Positions 1-9,624 of a stretch of 64,000 nucleotides of DNA are shown here, piece after piece (the first letter of the stretch is position 1; each line of letters begins with the position of its first letter). The notes beneath the pieces were generated by a model. That model was given only the letters and a program-made list of their open reading frames with translations, did not search any database and was not told the DNA's origin. Source of the DNA: Acutalibacteraceae bacterium (GTDB lineage Bacteria; Bacillota; Clostridia; Oscillospirales; Acutalibacteraceae); the NCBI GenBank assembly GCA_045654905.1, contig JAZOOH010000024.1, forward strand, positions 557-64,556, written 5' to 3'. The position numbers were made by a program, and so were the translations under genes.

Positions 1-2012
1 TCCACCTTATTCGCGGTTTTATCAAGCTCGTTTCTTACCTCGCTTGCAGAAATTGCCGTAAGCGTTTTGTGGTTGTAGGAATGGTTACCGATTTCACAGT
101 TAAGGCTGTGAATTCTTTGTATTTGCGATTTGTAGCTGTCCACCCTTGAGCCTACCACAAAGAAGGTTGCTCTTGCATTATGCTTTTCAAGCGTGTTAAG
201 AACTCTTGTCGTTGCACTGCTTGACGGACCGTCGTCGTATGTAAGCGCAACCATTGGCTTATTCGGGTCTATTGCTCTTGCGCATTTCATATTTGAATTA
301 CCACTCACAATTCCGTAATAAGAGGTTGCTCTTATAATGTAGGAATACTGATTACCGACCTTTATTGCCGTATCTGTATACGAGCGCACGTCAGCATTGA
401 CTGTTTTTATTGCCTGGAAATTCCCATTGTTAACCTTTTTATAAATCGTGTAGGTTTGTGCACCACCGACTGTTGCCCATTCCACTACGATTTTTTCTCC
501 CTTGAAGCACCTTGCCGAGGTAATTTTCGGTGAGGTGAAATAGGTACCTGTAATTCCCTTTGTATCGTGTGTGCTTTTGGAGTTTTTGTACCAGGCAATT
601 ACGGTGTAGTTATACGCAACACCTGAAGCCACGTTTTTATCCGTAAATGAAAGTGTAGTGGCATTTTTTGTTGTATGTACGCGCTTCCACTCTCCGTTAT
701 CTACTCTGCGGTGAACAGAATAATAATCTGCTTTTGCAACCTTATTCCAGGAAACCGTAAGCCCCGAGGTGCTTGCCGTAACCGTTCTGAGTCTTGGGTA
801 ATCCACCCTGTAGCACACGTTGTTTTTTGTGTAGCCGCTCGTTGTGCTACCCGAAAACGCCTTTACGGCGTAGGTATATTTTGTACCGAAGCCTACGCTT
901 GTATCAGTATAATAATTTTTACCCGAAACGTCGGCAAGCCTTACCCAGCTGCCGTTGTTCACTCTGTGGTAAACTCTGTATTTTTTCGCACCGCTTACGT
1001 TACCCCAAGTAATTTTAATACCCTGCGTGGTGTTTTTTACAGAAGTAATTTTTGGTGCACTTAAATATAATATGCTTTTATCTGCCTCAAAGCCGCTTGT
1101 ATAATTACCCTCTGCGGCAATAACACAGTAATTTGCTTCTTTTCCGCTTTTTGCATCAACGTCTGTAAAGCTGAGTACGTTTGCCTTTACAGTTTTAATT
1201 TTTGTCCAGCTGCTTTGGGTTGGCAGCTTTCTGTAAACCCTGTAAACAGTCGCTCTCGGATTTTTGGTCCACTCTATGCTAACGCCGCCTACTACGTTTG
1301 TTAACGTTACAACGGGAGCTGTTAAATGGTGTACGCTTACGCCGTTTTTATCATAACCGCTAAGCTCGTTTTTAAATGCTGCTCGTACCGTGTAAATATA
1401 ATCTGCTCCGTTTTTCGCCGTAGCGTCTACGTAGCTTTTTGTTCTTTCACCCTCGGCAAAGCCGATTCTCGACCAGCCGCTTTTCGGAGTTTTTCGGTAA
1501 ATATTATAGCCCGCGGCATTTTCGGTAGGCTTCCAGGTAACCCTTACACCGTCAGCAGAATTCTTTGCAGAAACGAGCTCGGGTGTAGTTAATAAAACCT
1601 TAAAGGTAAAGCCGTTTTCATTTGCATATTTCTGTGCCTCGGAATTACCTCTGCCCCATATTACAAAGCCTTCCTTTTTTACTGCCTCGCCATCCTCAGA
1701 AAGCACGTAGCCTAAAGCTCGCTCTCCAATATTAACAACGGTTTTAGGTACAACAACCTCCGTAACGTCGGGGCAATTTATAAATGCCTCCTCAAGAATA
1801 CCCGTAACCATTTTACCCTCGTATTCTTCAGGAATTTGCACCTTACCCTTTGCATTTTCATCATAAACCTTAAGGGAACAAATAACACCGTTTTTATGTA
1901 CCTCATACTTGGTTTGCTTAGTAAACCCTGCAAAGGAAACAATTGTTGTGCACAATGCTATAAGGCACAAAAAAACTATCCCCAACGTTATTTTCTTCTT
2001 CATTTTCAACAT
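1..2012 (-). CDS. Secreted multidomain polysaccharide deacetylase (CE4/NodB type) with BspA-type leucine-rich region and five Fn3-like repeats. The C-terminus runs off the window start (partial).
   Basis: Absent from the ORF track because it has no in-window stop. My reverse-complement translation from ATG 2012 (or 2003) reads MLKMKKKITLGIVFLCLIALC (signal peptide), then repeat modules carrying GYNIYR, VYRVYR, KYRVYH, YYSVHR and TYTIYK. It then reads PMVALTYDDGPS..FFVVG..GNHSYNH (NodB motifs) and stays open to base 1. Confidence 0.8.
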   Translation of the reverse strand, partial: MLKMKKKITLGIVFLCLIALCTTIVSFAGFTKQTKYEVHKNGVICSLKVYDENAKGKVQIPEEYEGKMVTGILEEAFINCPDVTEVVVPKTVVNIGERALGYVLSEDGEAVKKEGFVIWGRGNSEAQKYANENGFTFKVLLTTPELVSAKNSADGVRVTWKPTENAAGYNIYRKTPKSGWSRIGFAEGERTKSYVDATAKNGADYIYTVRAAFKNELSGYDKNGVSVHHLTAPVVTLTNVVGGVSIEWTKNPRATVYRVYRKLPTQSSWTKIKTVKANVLSFTDVDAKSGKEANYCVIAAEGNYTSGFEADKSILYLSAPKITSVKNTTQGIKITWGNVSGAKKYRVYHRVNNGSWVRLADVSGKNYYTDTSVGFGTKYTYAVKAFSGSTTSGYTKNNVCYRVDYPRLRTVTASTSGLTVSWNKVAKADYYSVHRRVDNGEWKRVHTTKNATTLSFTDKNVASGVAYNYTVIAWYKNSKSTHDTKGITGTYFTSPKITSARCFKGEKIVVEWATVGGAQTYTIYKKVNNGNFQAIKTVNADVRSYTDTAIKVGNQYSYIIRATSYYGIVSGNSNMKCARAIDPNKPMVALTYDDGPSSSATTRVLNTLEKHNARATFFVVGSRVDSYKSQIQRIHSLNCEIGNHSYNHKTLTAISASEVRNELDKTANKV

Positions 2013-2176
2013 CTTCTCTCACAAGTACTGTTAACACAGTACGACATTTTTCGACAATATTTATTATATACCACTTTTTTTCGCAATTCAATGGTAATAA
2101 CAATATTGTAAATTTTTATTTTTATTTATACACTTTAATTGTAAAAGTAAAATATTTGTGGTAGAATATTATATAA

Positions 2177-2308
2177 TTGTAATCAGTTGAAATGCAGCTG
2201 CGTTTCGTAAAAGCCGATTTTATCGACTTTTTAGCAAAATTGTTTTTCATAAACACAATTTTGCATTACGGTCATTGAAAGGACCGTGGTCGAATTCTCA
2301 AAGGAAAT
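2177..2308. repeat. Intergenic multi-hairpin repeat, copy 1 (family shared with 10954-11150)
   Basis: About 130 nt aligns by eye at high identity with 10954-11085. It contains consecutive palindromes (AAAAGCCGAT..ATCG.CTTTT; GCAAAATTGT..ACAATTTTGC). Confidence 0.7.
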
Positions 2309-2340
2309 TTAATATTTAAAATATAGCTTGGGTGGTAATT

Positions 2341-3567
2341 ATGACTAAAACAATTATGAAAAAATATGCACACCTCATTGCAAGAGTAGGTGCTAACATA
2401 AAAAAAGGTCAGCCTGTAAGAATTATTGCAGAGGCAGACCAATTTGAATTTGTAAATTTACTTGTAACAGAGTGCTATAAGCTTGGTGCTTCAAGGGTAG
2501 AGGTTGACTGGACCTACCAGCCAATAACAAAAACAGACTACAAATACAGAACTTTAAAATCTCTTTCGGAGGTACCACTCTGGAAGGAAGAAAGGCTCAA
2601 GCTTATGGTTGAGGAAATTCCTTGCAGAATTTACATTGAAAGTGATGACCCCGACGGTCTTAAGGGTGTAAACCGTGAAAAAATGCAAAAGTCTCAAATG
2701 GCAAGATATAAGGTAACAAAAAAGTACAGCGACGCGCTCGAAAATAAGGACCAATGGACTATTGCCGCGGTGCCATCCTACGCGTGGGCTAAAAAGGTTT
2801 TTCCAAATGACACAAAAAGAAACGCCTACAACAAGCTGTGGGAAGCAATTTTAGAAACCGTTTACGTAACTAAGGACAACGACCCTGTAAAGGAATGGGA
2901 AAACCACAACAAGCGCTTAAAAGAAAAAACAAAGTGGTTAAACGAGAAAAAGTTTGACTATTTAGAATACAAAAGCTCAAACGGCACAAATTTCAGAGCA
3001 GATTTAATTCCCGAGGCACACTGGTGCGGCGGCGGTGAGGAAACCCTTTCGGGAAATTTCTTTAACCCTAACCTGCCTACGCAAGAGGTTTTCACCTCCC
3101 CTAAAAAAGGCTTTGCAGAGGGCACGCTTGTTTCAACAAAGCCACTTTCTTACCAGGGTCAGCTTATTGAAGATTTTAAAATTACCTTTAAAAACGGCAA
3201 GGCTGTTTCCTGGGAGGCAAGGGAAAACAAAGATTTGTTAGACAAAATGCTTTCTATGGATGAGGGTGCACCTTACCTTGGTGAATTGGCGCTTATTCCG
3301 CAGGACAGTCCTATTGCAAACACAGGCATTCTTTTTTACAACACGCTTTTTGATGAAAATGCAAGCTGCCACGTTGCTTTGGGCAGGGGCTTTTGCGATA
3401 CTATTGACGATTTTCAAAGCAAAACGCTTGAAGAATGTCAGGCGCTCGGCGTTAACGACAGTATGATTCACGTTGACTTTATGATTGGTGCAGACGACCT
3501 TACTGTTACAGGCTACAAGGATGGTAAAGCATATCCTGTTTTTGTAAACGGTAACTGGGCATTTTAA
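2341..3567 (+). CDS. Aminopeptidase, M29 (AmpS/PepS) family
   Basis: About 408 aa. The N-terminus MTKTIMKKYAHLIARVGANIKKGQPV and overall length are typical of thermophilic-type M29 aminopeptidases. ATG 2341 is preceded by GGGTGG; the track start at 2332 is a GTG. Confidence 0.85.
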   Translation: MTKTIMKKYAHLIARVGANIKKGQPVRIIAEADQFEFVNLLVTECYKLGASRVEVDWTYQPITKTDYKYRTLKSLSEVPLWKEERLKLMVEEIPCRIYIESDDPDGLKGVNREKMQKSQMARYKVTKKYSDALENKDQWTIAAVPSYAWAKKVFPNDTKRNAYNKLWEAILETVYVTKDNDPVKEWENHNKRLKEKTKWLNEKKFDYLEYKSSNGTNFRADLIPEAHWCGGGEETLSGNFFNPNLPTQEVFTSPKKGFAEGTLVSTKPLSYQGQLIEDFKITFKNGKAVSWEARENKDLLDKMLSMDEGAPYLGELALIPQDSPIANTGILFYNTLFDENASCHVALGRGFCDTIDDFQSKTLEECQALGVNDSMIHVDFMIGADDLTVTGYKDGKAYPVFVNGNWAF

Positions 3568-3603
3568 TAATTTCAGAAAAACTTATATTTACGGGTGATA
3601 TTT

Positions 3604-4677
3604 ATGGCAATGGGTAAACCAAACAAATGGAAAACAGATAACTTCTTAAGAGGCGAAAAGGAGCCTTTAAAATTCTCCGAGGACGGAAAATTCAGAATTT
3701 TACACCTTACGGATATACACGAGGTTATGCCTGAAATGGATGATGACGATAACCGTGAAATCCCTGAAAGCAGAGACAAGGAAACGCTTAACGTTATTGA
3801 AAAATGTCTTGAGGAAGCAAAGCCCGATTTAGTTGTTTTCGGCGGTGACAACGTAAGCGGCTACTGGGAAGAATTCAACTACGATTTAATTCACAAAACC
3901 ATTACCAAAATCGTAGAGCCTATAAAAAGAAGAAATATTCCTCTTGCTCTTGTTTTCGGTAACCATGACGGTGAGGTTGGTTTTTATACCGATATTCAAA
4001 TGATTATGTACAGCGACTACGACAATTGCCGCTCCACACTTAATGATGCAGACGTTTTCGGTTGCGGTAACTGCAATTTAACCATTAAAAGCTCCGACGG
4101 AAAAAGAAACGCTTTTTCCATTTGGCTTATGGACTCAAACGATTATATGACTCTGCCTGACGGTGACTCCGGCTACGCTTACGTTCACGACGACCAAATT
4201 GCATGGTACGAAAAAAGAAGCGCCGAATTAACGGCAGAAAACGGAGGCAAGCCGGTTCCTGCAATTCTCTTCCAGCACATTCCCGTGCAGCAGGAAATTT
4301 TTGAGCTGCAGGAGGTTACAAAAGCCGGTGAAAACGTTGTTGAAAAGGATGGCAAATACTACTCCTTCGGCAGCAAATTAATCTCAGGCAGATTAAGAGA
4401 ATACCCCTGCCCGCCTTATATGAAAAAGGATTTTACAAACCAACTGAAAAGCTGGAAAAAAATGGGTGACGTAAAGGCTGCCTTTTTCGGTCACGACCAC
4501 GTAAACGATTTCCATATTAAGGTTGACGGTATAAGTCTTTACCAGACAATCGGATGCGGCTATTTTACATACGGAAAAGAGCGCGGCGGCAGACTTATAA
4601 TTCTTGATGAAAACAATCCCGAAAGCATTGAAACAAAAACCATAGAGGTAGAAAGAATTACAGAAACGGAGATTTAA
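3604..4677 (+). CDS. Calcineurin-like metallophosphoesterase
   Basis: Motifs LHLTDIHE, GGDN, GNHD and GHDH appear in the canonical order. Confidence 0.8.
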   Translation: MAMGKPNKWKTDNFLRGEKEPLKFSEDGKFRILHLTDIHEVMPEMDDDDNREIPESRDKETLNVIEKCLEEAKPDLVVFGGDNVSGYWEEFNYDLIHKTITKIVEPIKRRNIPLALVFGNHDGEVGFYTDIQMIMYSDYDNCRSTLNDADVFGCGNCNLTIKSSDGKRNAFSIWLMDSNDYMTLPDGDSGYAYVHDDQIAWYEKRSAELTAENGGKPVPAILFQHIPVQQEIFELQEVTKAGENVVEKDGKYYSFGSKLISGRLREYPCPPYMKKDFTNQLKSWKKMGDVKAAFFGHDHVNDFHIKVDGISLYQTIGCGYFTYGKERGGRLIILDENNPESIETKTIEVERITETEI

Positions 4678-4681
4678 TTTT

Positions 4682-5410
4682 ATGACGGAAAATAAAGACG
4701 TGGCTATCATTTTAAACAAATATGATGAGCTTTTAGATAAAAAACTCCTTGAAGAAGCAGGCGCTTTTTTAGAGGATGAAATAAAAAAAGCAAAGGAGCT
4801 TGGCGACTCCTTTACGGAAATGACGCTTCATAACGAGGTTGTTTCCTACCACAGAAGAACGGGTGAGCAGGCAAGGGCTGTTGCCGCTATTAACGAGATT
4901 CTTGAGCTTATACAAAAATTCGAGCTTTCAAGTACCGTGCTCGGCGCAAATATGTACTTAAACTGTGCTACAACACTCAACTTTTTCAAAAGAACAGCAG
5001 ACTCTCTTCCTCTTTTTGAAAGAGCGTTTGAAGCGTATATAAATACAATTCCTGAAAACGATTACCGCTTTGCAGGCTTTTACAACAACTATGCGCTTGC
5101 CTTGTACGACACAGAAAATTACACTGAAGCGTTAAGATATTTCAGGAAGGCGTTAAATATACTTTCTCTTTACAAGGGCAACGACTCAGAAATGGCTGTT
5201 ACCTTCTGCAACCTTGCACACCTTTTTGAAAAAACAAATGACACAGAAATGCTCGAAAGCTGTATAAATTCTGCTTTTTATTCCTTAAAGGATTACGACG
5301 GTGAAAGAGATAATAATTTCAACTTACATTGCGAAAAATGTCTTGAAGCCTTCAGATATTTCAAAAAGCAGGATTACGCTAAGGAAATTGAAGAGCTTTT
5401 GAAAAAATAA
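4682..5410 (+). CDS. TPR-like repeat protein
   Basis: All-helical 242 aa with repeated A..Y.N.A..Y......A...F.KAL patterns. It is tightly packed after the preceding gene. Confidence 0.55.
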   Translation: MTENKDVAIILNKYDELLDKKLLEEAGAFLEDEIKKAKELGDSFTEMTLHNEVVSYHRRTGEQARAVAAINEILELIQKFELSSTVLGANMYLNCATTLNFFKRTADSLPLFERAFEAYINTIPENDYRFAGFYNNYALALYDTENYTEALRYFRKALNILSLYKGNDSEMAVTFCNLAHLFEKTNDTEMLESCINSAFYSLKDYDGERDNNFNLHCEKCLEAFRYFKKQDYAKEIEELLKK

Positions 5411-5424
5411 TATATAGTATTATA

Positions 5425-5453
5425 TTGACATTAAAATGCTTTTTGGCTAAAAT
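5425..5453 (+). promoter_or_regulatory. Sigma-A type promoter for the nadD operon
   Basis: TTGACA (5425-5430), a 17-nt spacer, then TAAAAT (5448-5453), about 28 nt upstream of the nadD ATG. Confidence 0.5.
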
Positions 5454-5480
5454 TATTTAATAAACAAAACGAGTGATAGT

Positions 5481-6083
5481 ATGGGAAACATTGCAATTTA
5501 CGGCGGCTCCTTTGACCCGCCACACAAAGGCCACGCGCTTTTAGCGGAAAATTTAGCAAAAGAAATTAACGCCGACAAGGTGATTATTATTCCTGCCTAC
5601 TCTTCCCCTTTTAAAGAGGGAACTATTGCAAACGGGCCGGACAGACTTGCTATGTGCCGTTACACCTTTACCTCGCCCGTTTTTGAAATATCATCAATAG
5701 AAATTAACCGCGAGGGCAAAAGCTACACGGTTGACACCTTAAAGGATATTAAAAAATACTACCCTAATGACAAGCTGTTTTTGTTTATGGGTGACGATAT
5801 GTTTCTTTCACTGGGCAACTGGTACAAATACAAGGAGCTGCTTTCCTTCTGCACAATAGTTACCGCTGCAAGAACTGAGGATTTAAGGCACCTGAGTCAA
5901 ATGAAGGCTTACGCCATAACCACTCTCGGCTTAAATGAAGGAGATTATATAATATCTCAGGAAAAGCCTATTGAGGTGAGCTCCACGCTTTTAAGAACTA
6001 TGCTGAAAAATAGGTTGGATACAAGTAAATACCTTACCTATGACGTTATAAAATACATCAACAAAAGGGGGCTTTATTTATGA
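5481..6083 (+). CDS. nadD: Nicotinate-nucleotide adenylyltransferase
   Basis: YGGSFDPPHKGH nucleotidyltransferase motif, 200 aa, and conserved nadD-yqeK-rsfS context. Confidence 0.9.
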   Translation: MGNIAIYGGSFDPPHKGHALLAENLAKEINADKVIIIPAYSSPFKEGTIANGPDRLAMCRYTFTSPVFEISSIEINREGKSYTVDTLKDIKKYYPNDKLFLFMGDDMFLSLGNWYKYKELLSFCTIVTAARTEDLRHLSQMKAYAITTLGLNEGDYIISQEKPIEVSSTLLRTMLKNRLDTSKYLTYDVIKYINKRGLYL

Positions 6084-6673
6084 AAACCGATTCCGAATGC
6101 ATTGAAATCATAAAGAGCAGACTTAAAGAGCAGCGCTTTATACATTCATTAAACGTTGCAGACTGTGCAAGGGAGCTTGCGTTAAAATACGGTGCAGACC
6201 CCGACAAGGCGTACACCGCAGGCATTCTTCACGACTCCTGCAAAAACCTGGAGCCCTCGGTACAATTGCAATATCTGCTTGAAAACAACGTTACACTTTC
6301 TGAATATGAGTTAGCAGCACCCAAGCTTTTCCACGCAATTTGCGGCAGGACTTTTGCCGAAAAAGAAATTGGCTGTGATGATGAAGAAATTTTAAACGCT
6401 ATTCGCTACCACACCACAGGACGAAGCAATATGACTCTTTTAGAAAAAATTGTTTTTATTGCCGATTTCATTGGCAAGGAGCGTAATTACGACGGTGTAG
6501 AAATTATGCGCGAAAAGGCATTCCGCTCACTTGATGAAGCAATAGTCGAGGGTCTGAGCTTTACTATAATAGATTTAATAAAGCATGAGCGCTTAGTTCA
6601 CCCCGACACCATGGGAGCATATAACGCTGCACTTGTTAATATGAAAAACGAAAATGGGGAGAAGTTAATATGA
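6080..6673 (+). CDS. yqeK: HD-domain bis(5'-nucleosyl)-tetraphosphatase, YqeK family
   Basis: HS..V...A..LA, GILHD and RYHT motifs. It overlaps the nadD stop by 4 nt. Confidence 0.85.
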   Translation: MKTDSECIEIIKSRLKEQRFIHSLNVADCARELALKYGADPDKAYTAGILHDSCKNLEPSVQLQYLLENNVTLSEYELAAPKLFHAICGRTFAEKEIGCDDEEILNAIRYHTTGRSNMTLLEKIVFIADFIGKERNYDGVEIMREKAFRSLDEAIVEGLSFTIIDLIKHERLVHPDTMGAYNAALVNMKNENGEKLI

Positions 6674-7017
6674 GCTTAGATTTAACTAAAAAAATCGTTA
6701 AGACACTTGACGATAAATTAGCAAGAGATATAGAGGTTATCAAAACAGAAGAGGTTACCATTGTTGCCGATTATTTTATTATTGCAACTGCTAACTCTAA
6801 CACACACGTAAAAGCACTCGCGGACGAGGTTGAATACCGCCTTGAGCAGGAAAACATTCACCCCGACCACGTAGAAGGTAGAGCAACAGGCTGGGTGCTT
6901 ATGCAGTACGGCGGTGTTGTTGTGCATATATTCCTTGAGGATTCAAGACAGTACTACAACCTTGAAAGACTTTGGGATGATGCAGCTAAATTAGACGTTT
7001 CTCAATTTATTGATTGA
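6670..7017 (+). CDS. rsfS: Ribosome silencing factor
   Basis: 115 aa containing DYFIIATANSNTHVKALADEV and GWVLMQYGGVVVHIF, typical of RsfS/IojAP. Confidence 0.9.
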   Translation: MSLDLTKKIVKTLDDKLARDIEVIKTEEVTIVADYFIIATANSNTHVKALADEVEYRLEQENIHPDHVEGRATGWVLMQYGGVVVHIFLEDSRQYYNLERLWDDAAKLDVSQFID

Positions 7018-7048
7018 TAGACTTGTACAACGAAAGGAAATGATAAAA

Positions 7049-9454
7049 ATGAAGTACGATTTTTCCGCTATTGAGCAAAAATGGCAGAAAAAATGGGAAG
7101 AGGCTGGGGTTTTCCACGCAGAGGACGGAAGCAGTAAGCCTAAGTTTTATGCTCTTGTAGAGTTCCCTTACCCAAGCGGCGCAGGTATGCACGTTGGCCA
7201 CATTAAAGCATATTCCGGTCTTGAGGTTGTTTCAAGAAAAAGAAGAATGCAGGGCTACAACGTTTTATTCCCTATTGGCTTTGACGCTTATGGTCTCCCT
7301 ACTGAAAACTATGCTATTAAAACCGGTATCCACCCAAGAAAGGTTACCGATATGAACATAGAAAAATTCTCAAGCCAGTTAAAAAGAGTAGGCTTCTCCT
7401 TCGACTGGAACAGAGTTGTTGATACCACTCAGGAGGACTACTACAAGTGGACTCAGTGGATATTCCTTAAAATGTTTGAAAAGGGTCTTGTTTTCCGTGA
7501 CAAAACTCTTGTTAACTACTGCCCTTCCTGTAAGGTTGTTCTTTCAAACGAGGACTCCCAGGGCGGTAAGTGTGACATTTGCCACAGCGACATTATTCAA
7601 AAATCAAAGGACGTGTGGTACTTAAGAATTACCGAATATGCAGACAAGCTTTTAGAGGGTCTTGACGGTGTAGATTACCTTCCTAACATTAAGCTTCAGC
7701 AGGTTAACTGGATTGGTAAATCCACAGGTGCTTTCGTTAACTTCTCAATTAAGGATACAGATGAAAAATTAGAAATTTACACAACCCGTCCGGATACACT
7801 TTTCGGTGTTACATTTATGGTTATGGCACCGGAGCATCCGCTTATTGACAAGTATGCTGAAAAAATCGGCAATATGGATGAGGTTATTGCTTACAGAGCA
7901 GAGTGTGCAAAGAAAACCGAATTTGAAAGAACTCAGCTTGTTAAAGATAAAACCGGCGTACGCCTTTCAGGCTTTTCTGCAATTAACCCTGTTAATAATA
8001 AAGAGATTCCTATTTACATATCCGACTACGTTATGATGGGCTACGGTACAGGCGCTATTATGGCAGTACCCGCACACGACGAGCGCGACTACGACTTTGC
8101 TAAAAAATTCGGCATAGATATTATTGAGGTTATTAAGGGCGGCAACATAGCAGAAGCTGCTTACACCGGCGACGGTGATATGGTTAACTCCGACTTCCTT
8201 AACGGCTTCACAAACAAAAAGGACTCCATAGCAAAAATGCTTGAGTTCTTAGAGGCTAAGGGAATAGGCAAAAAGGGTGTTCAGTACAAAATGAAGGACT
8301 GGGCATTCAACAGACAGCGCTACTGGGGTGAGCCGATTCCGATTGTTCACTGTGAAAAATGCGGTATTGTTCCCGTTCCTTACGAGGAGCTTCCGTTAAG
8401 ATTACCTGAAATTGACAACTTCCAGCCGGGCTCTGACGGTGAAAGCCCGCTTGCAGAAATTGAAGAATACGTAAATTGCAATTGTCCTAAGTGCGGCGGT
8501 AAAGCAAAACGCGAAACCGACACAATGCCACAGTGGGCAGGCTCTTCATGGTATTTCTTAAGATACATTGACCCTAAAAACACCGAGGCACTTGCAAGTG
8601 AAGAAAAGCTTAAATACTGGGGTCAGGTTGACTGGTACAACGGCGGTATGGAGCACGTTACCCGTCACTTAATCTACTCTCGTTTCTGGCACAAATTCCT
8701 TTATGATTTAGGCGTTGTTCCGACAGCAGAGCCTTACGCAAAGAGAACAGCTCAAGGTCTTATTTTAGGCCCTGACGGTGAAAAAATGAGTAAGTCTAAG
8801 GGTAACGTTGTTGACCCTAACGAGGTTGTTGACCAATTCGGTGCAGACGTGCTTCGTTCTTACGTACTCTTTATGGGTGACTACGAAAAGGCTGCTCCTT
8901 GGTCTGAAACAAGCGTTAAGGGCTGTAAGCGTTTTGTAGACAGAATCTGGAATCTTCAGGAAATTGTTGCGGACGGCGACGACTATTCAAAGGAATTAGA
9001 GGTATCCTTCCACAAGACAATTAAAAAGGTTTCTGACGATATTGAAAACATGAAGTACAACACCGCAATTGCTTCACTTATGTCTCTTCTTAACGAAATT
9101 TACGACAAGGGCTCCATTACAAAGGGTGAGTTAAGGACCTTCCTTATTTTAGTAAACCCATTTGTGCCTCACGTTTCCGAAGAGCTTTGGGAGGTTATGG
9201 GCTTCGGCGGAATGTTAGCTGTTACTCCTTGGGTTTCTTATGACGAGGCAAAAACAGTTGACTCTACCATTGAGGTGCCTGTACAAATTTGCGGTAAGCT
9301 CCGTGCAACAGTTACAATTGCAAAGGATGCTGACTCTGCAACAGCTATTGCAGCTGCTAAGGCAGACGAAAAGGTTCAGGAAATGTTAGACGGAAAGCAA
9401 ATTATTAAAGAAATCTACGTTCCGGGCAAAATTATAAATATTGTTGCGAAATAA
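7049..9454 (+). CDS. leuS: Leucine--tRNA ligase
   Basis: Class I motifs PYPSGAGMHVGH (HIGH) and KMSKSKGN (KMSKS), plus the Zn-finger CP1 region. I favour the start at MKYDFSAIEQKW (ATG 7049, AAAGGAAA upstream); the track start at 7010 overlaps rsfS. Confidence 0.95.
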   Translation: MKYDFSAIEQKWQKKWEEAGVFHAEDGSSKPKFYALVEFPYPSGAGMHVGHIKAYSGLEVVSRKRRMQGYNVLFPIGFDAYGLPTENYAIKTGIHPRKVTDMNIEKFSSQLKRVGFSFDWNRVVDTTQEDYYKWTQWIFLKMFEKGLVFRDKTLVNYCPSCKVVLSNEDSQGGKCDICHSDIIQKSKDVWYLRITEYADKLLEGLDGVDYLPNIKLQQVNWIGKSTGAFVNFSIKDTDEKLEIYTTRPDTLFGVTFMVMAPEHPLIDKYAEKIGNMDEVIAYRAECAKKTEFERTQLVKDKTGVRLSGFSAINPVNNKEIPIYISDYVMMGYGTGAIMAVPAHDERDYDFAKKFGIDIIEVIKGGNIAEAAYTGDGDMVNSDFLNGFTNKKDSIAKMLEFLEAKGIGKKGVQYKMKDWAFNRQRYWGEPIPIVHCEKCGIVPVPYEELPLRLPEIDNFQPGSDGESPLAEIEEYVNCNCPKCGGKAKRETDTMPQWAGSSWYFLRYIDPKNTEALASEEKLKYWGQVDWYNGGMEHVTRHLIYSRFWHKFLYDLGVVPTAEPYAKRTAQGLILGPDGEKMSKSKGNVVDPNEVVDQFGADVLRSYVLFMGDYEKAAPWSETSVKGCKRFVDRIWNLQEIVADGDDYSKELEVSFHKTIKKVSDDIENMKYNTAIASLMSLLNEIYDKGSITKGELRTFLILVNPFVPHVSEELWEVMGFGGMLAVTPWVSYDEAKTVDSTIEVPVQICGKLRATVTIAKDADSATAIAAAKADEKVQEMLDGKQIIKEIYVPGKIINIVAK

Positions 9455-9468
9455 AAAAGGCAGTCGAA

Positions 9469-9505
9469 GGCGTTGTACCCGTAAGGATACAACGCCTGTT
9501 TTATT
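9469..9505 (+). terminator. Rho-independent terminator of leuS
   Basis: GGCGTTGTA / TACAACGCC stem with an inner CC-GTAA-GG, followed by TGTTTTATT. Confidence 0.7.
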
Positions 9506-9572
9506 CGTCTGCTTTTTAATTCGGGTAGACCCCTTTTTTAATTTCTGTTATCATATTACCCACTTATAAAAT

Positions 9573-9603
9573 AAAATCCTACCGCTAATGCGATAGGATT
9601 TTT
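9573..9603 (-). terminator. Terminator hairpin downstream of the 9625-10905 gene (also T-rich on the plus strand)
   Basis: AATCCTA..TAGGATT stem flanked by A-run and T-run, in a convergent intergenic region. Confidence 0.55.
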
Positions 9604-9624
9604 GTTATTTAAAACGTGTTTTTG

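Noticed and set aside
675-2111. Short plus-strand ORFs (675-1064, 794-1012, 1326-1592, 1836-2111) and the minus-strand ORF 1918-2103
   Set aside because: All lie antisense to, or out of frame with, the long uninterrupted minus-strand deacetylase frame, and they have Cys/Arg-rich compositions typical of antisense translation.
7010-7048. T-box leaders for leuS, argS and glyQS
   Set aside because: All three genes directly abut upstream coding sequences, with overlapping or gaps of no more than 25 bp. There is no room for a T-box, and I saw no specifier or T-box consensus (AAGGTGGTACCGCG-like).
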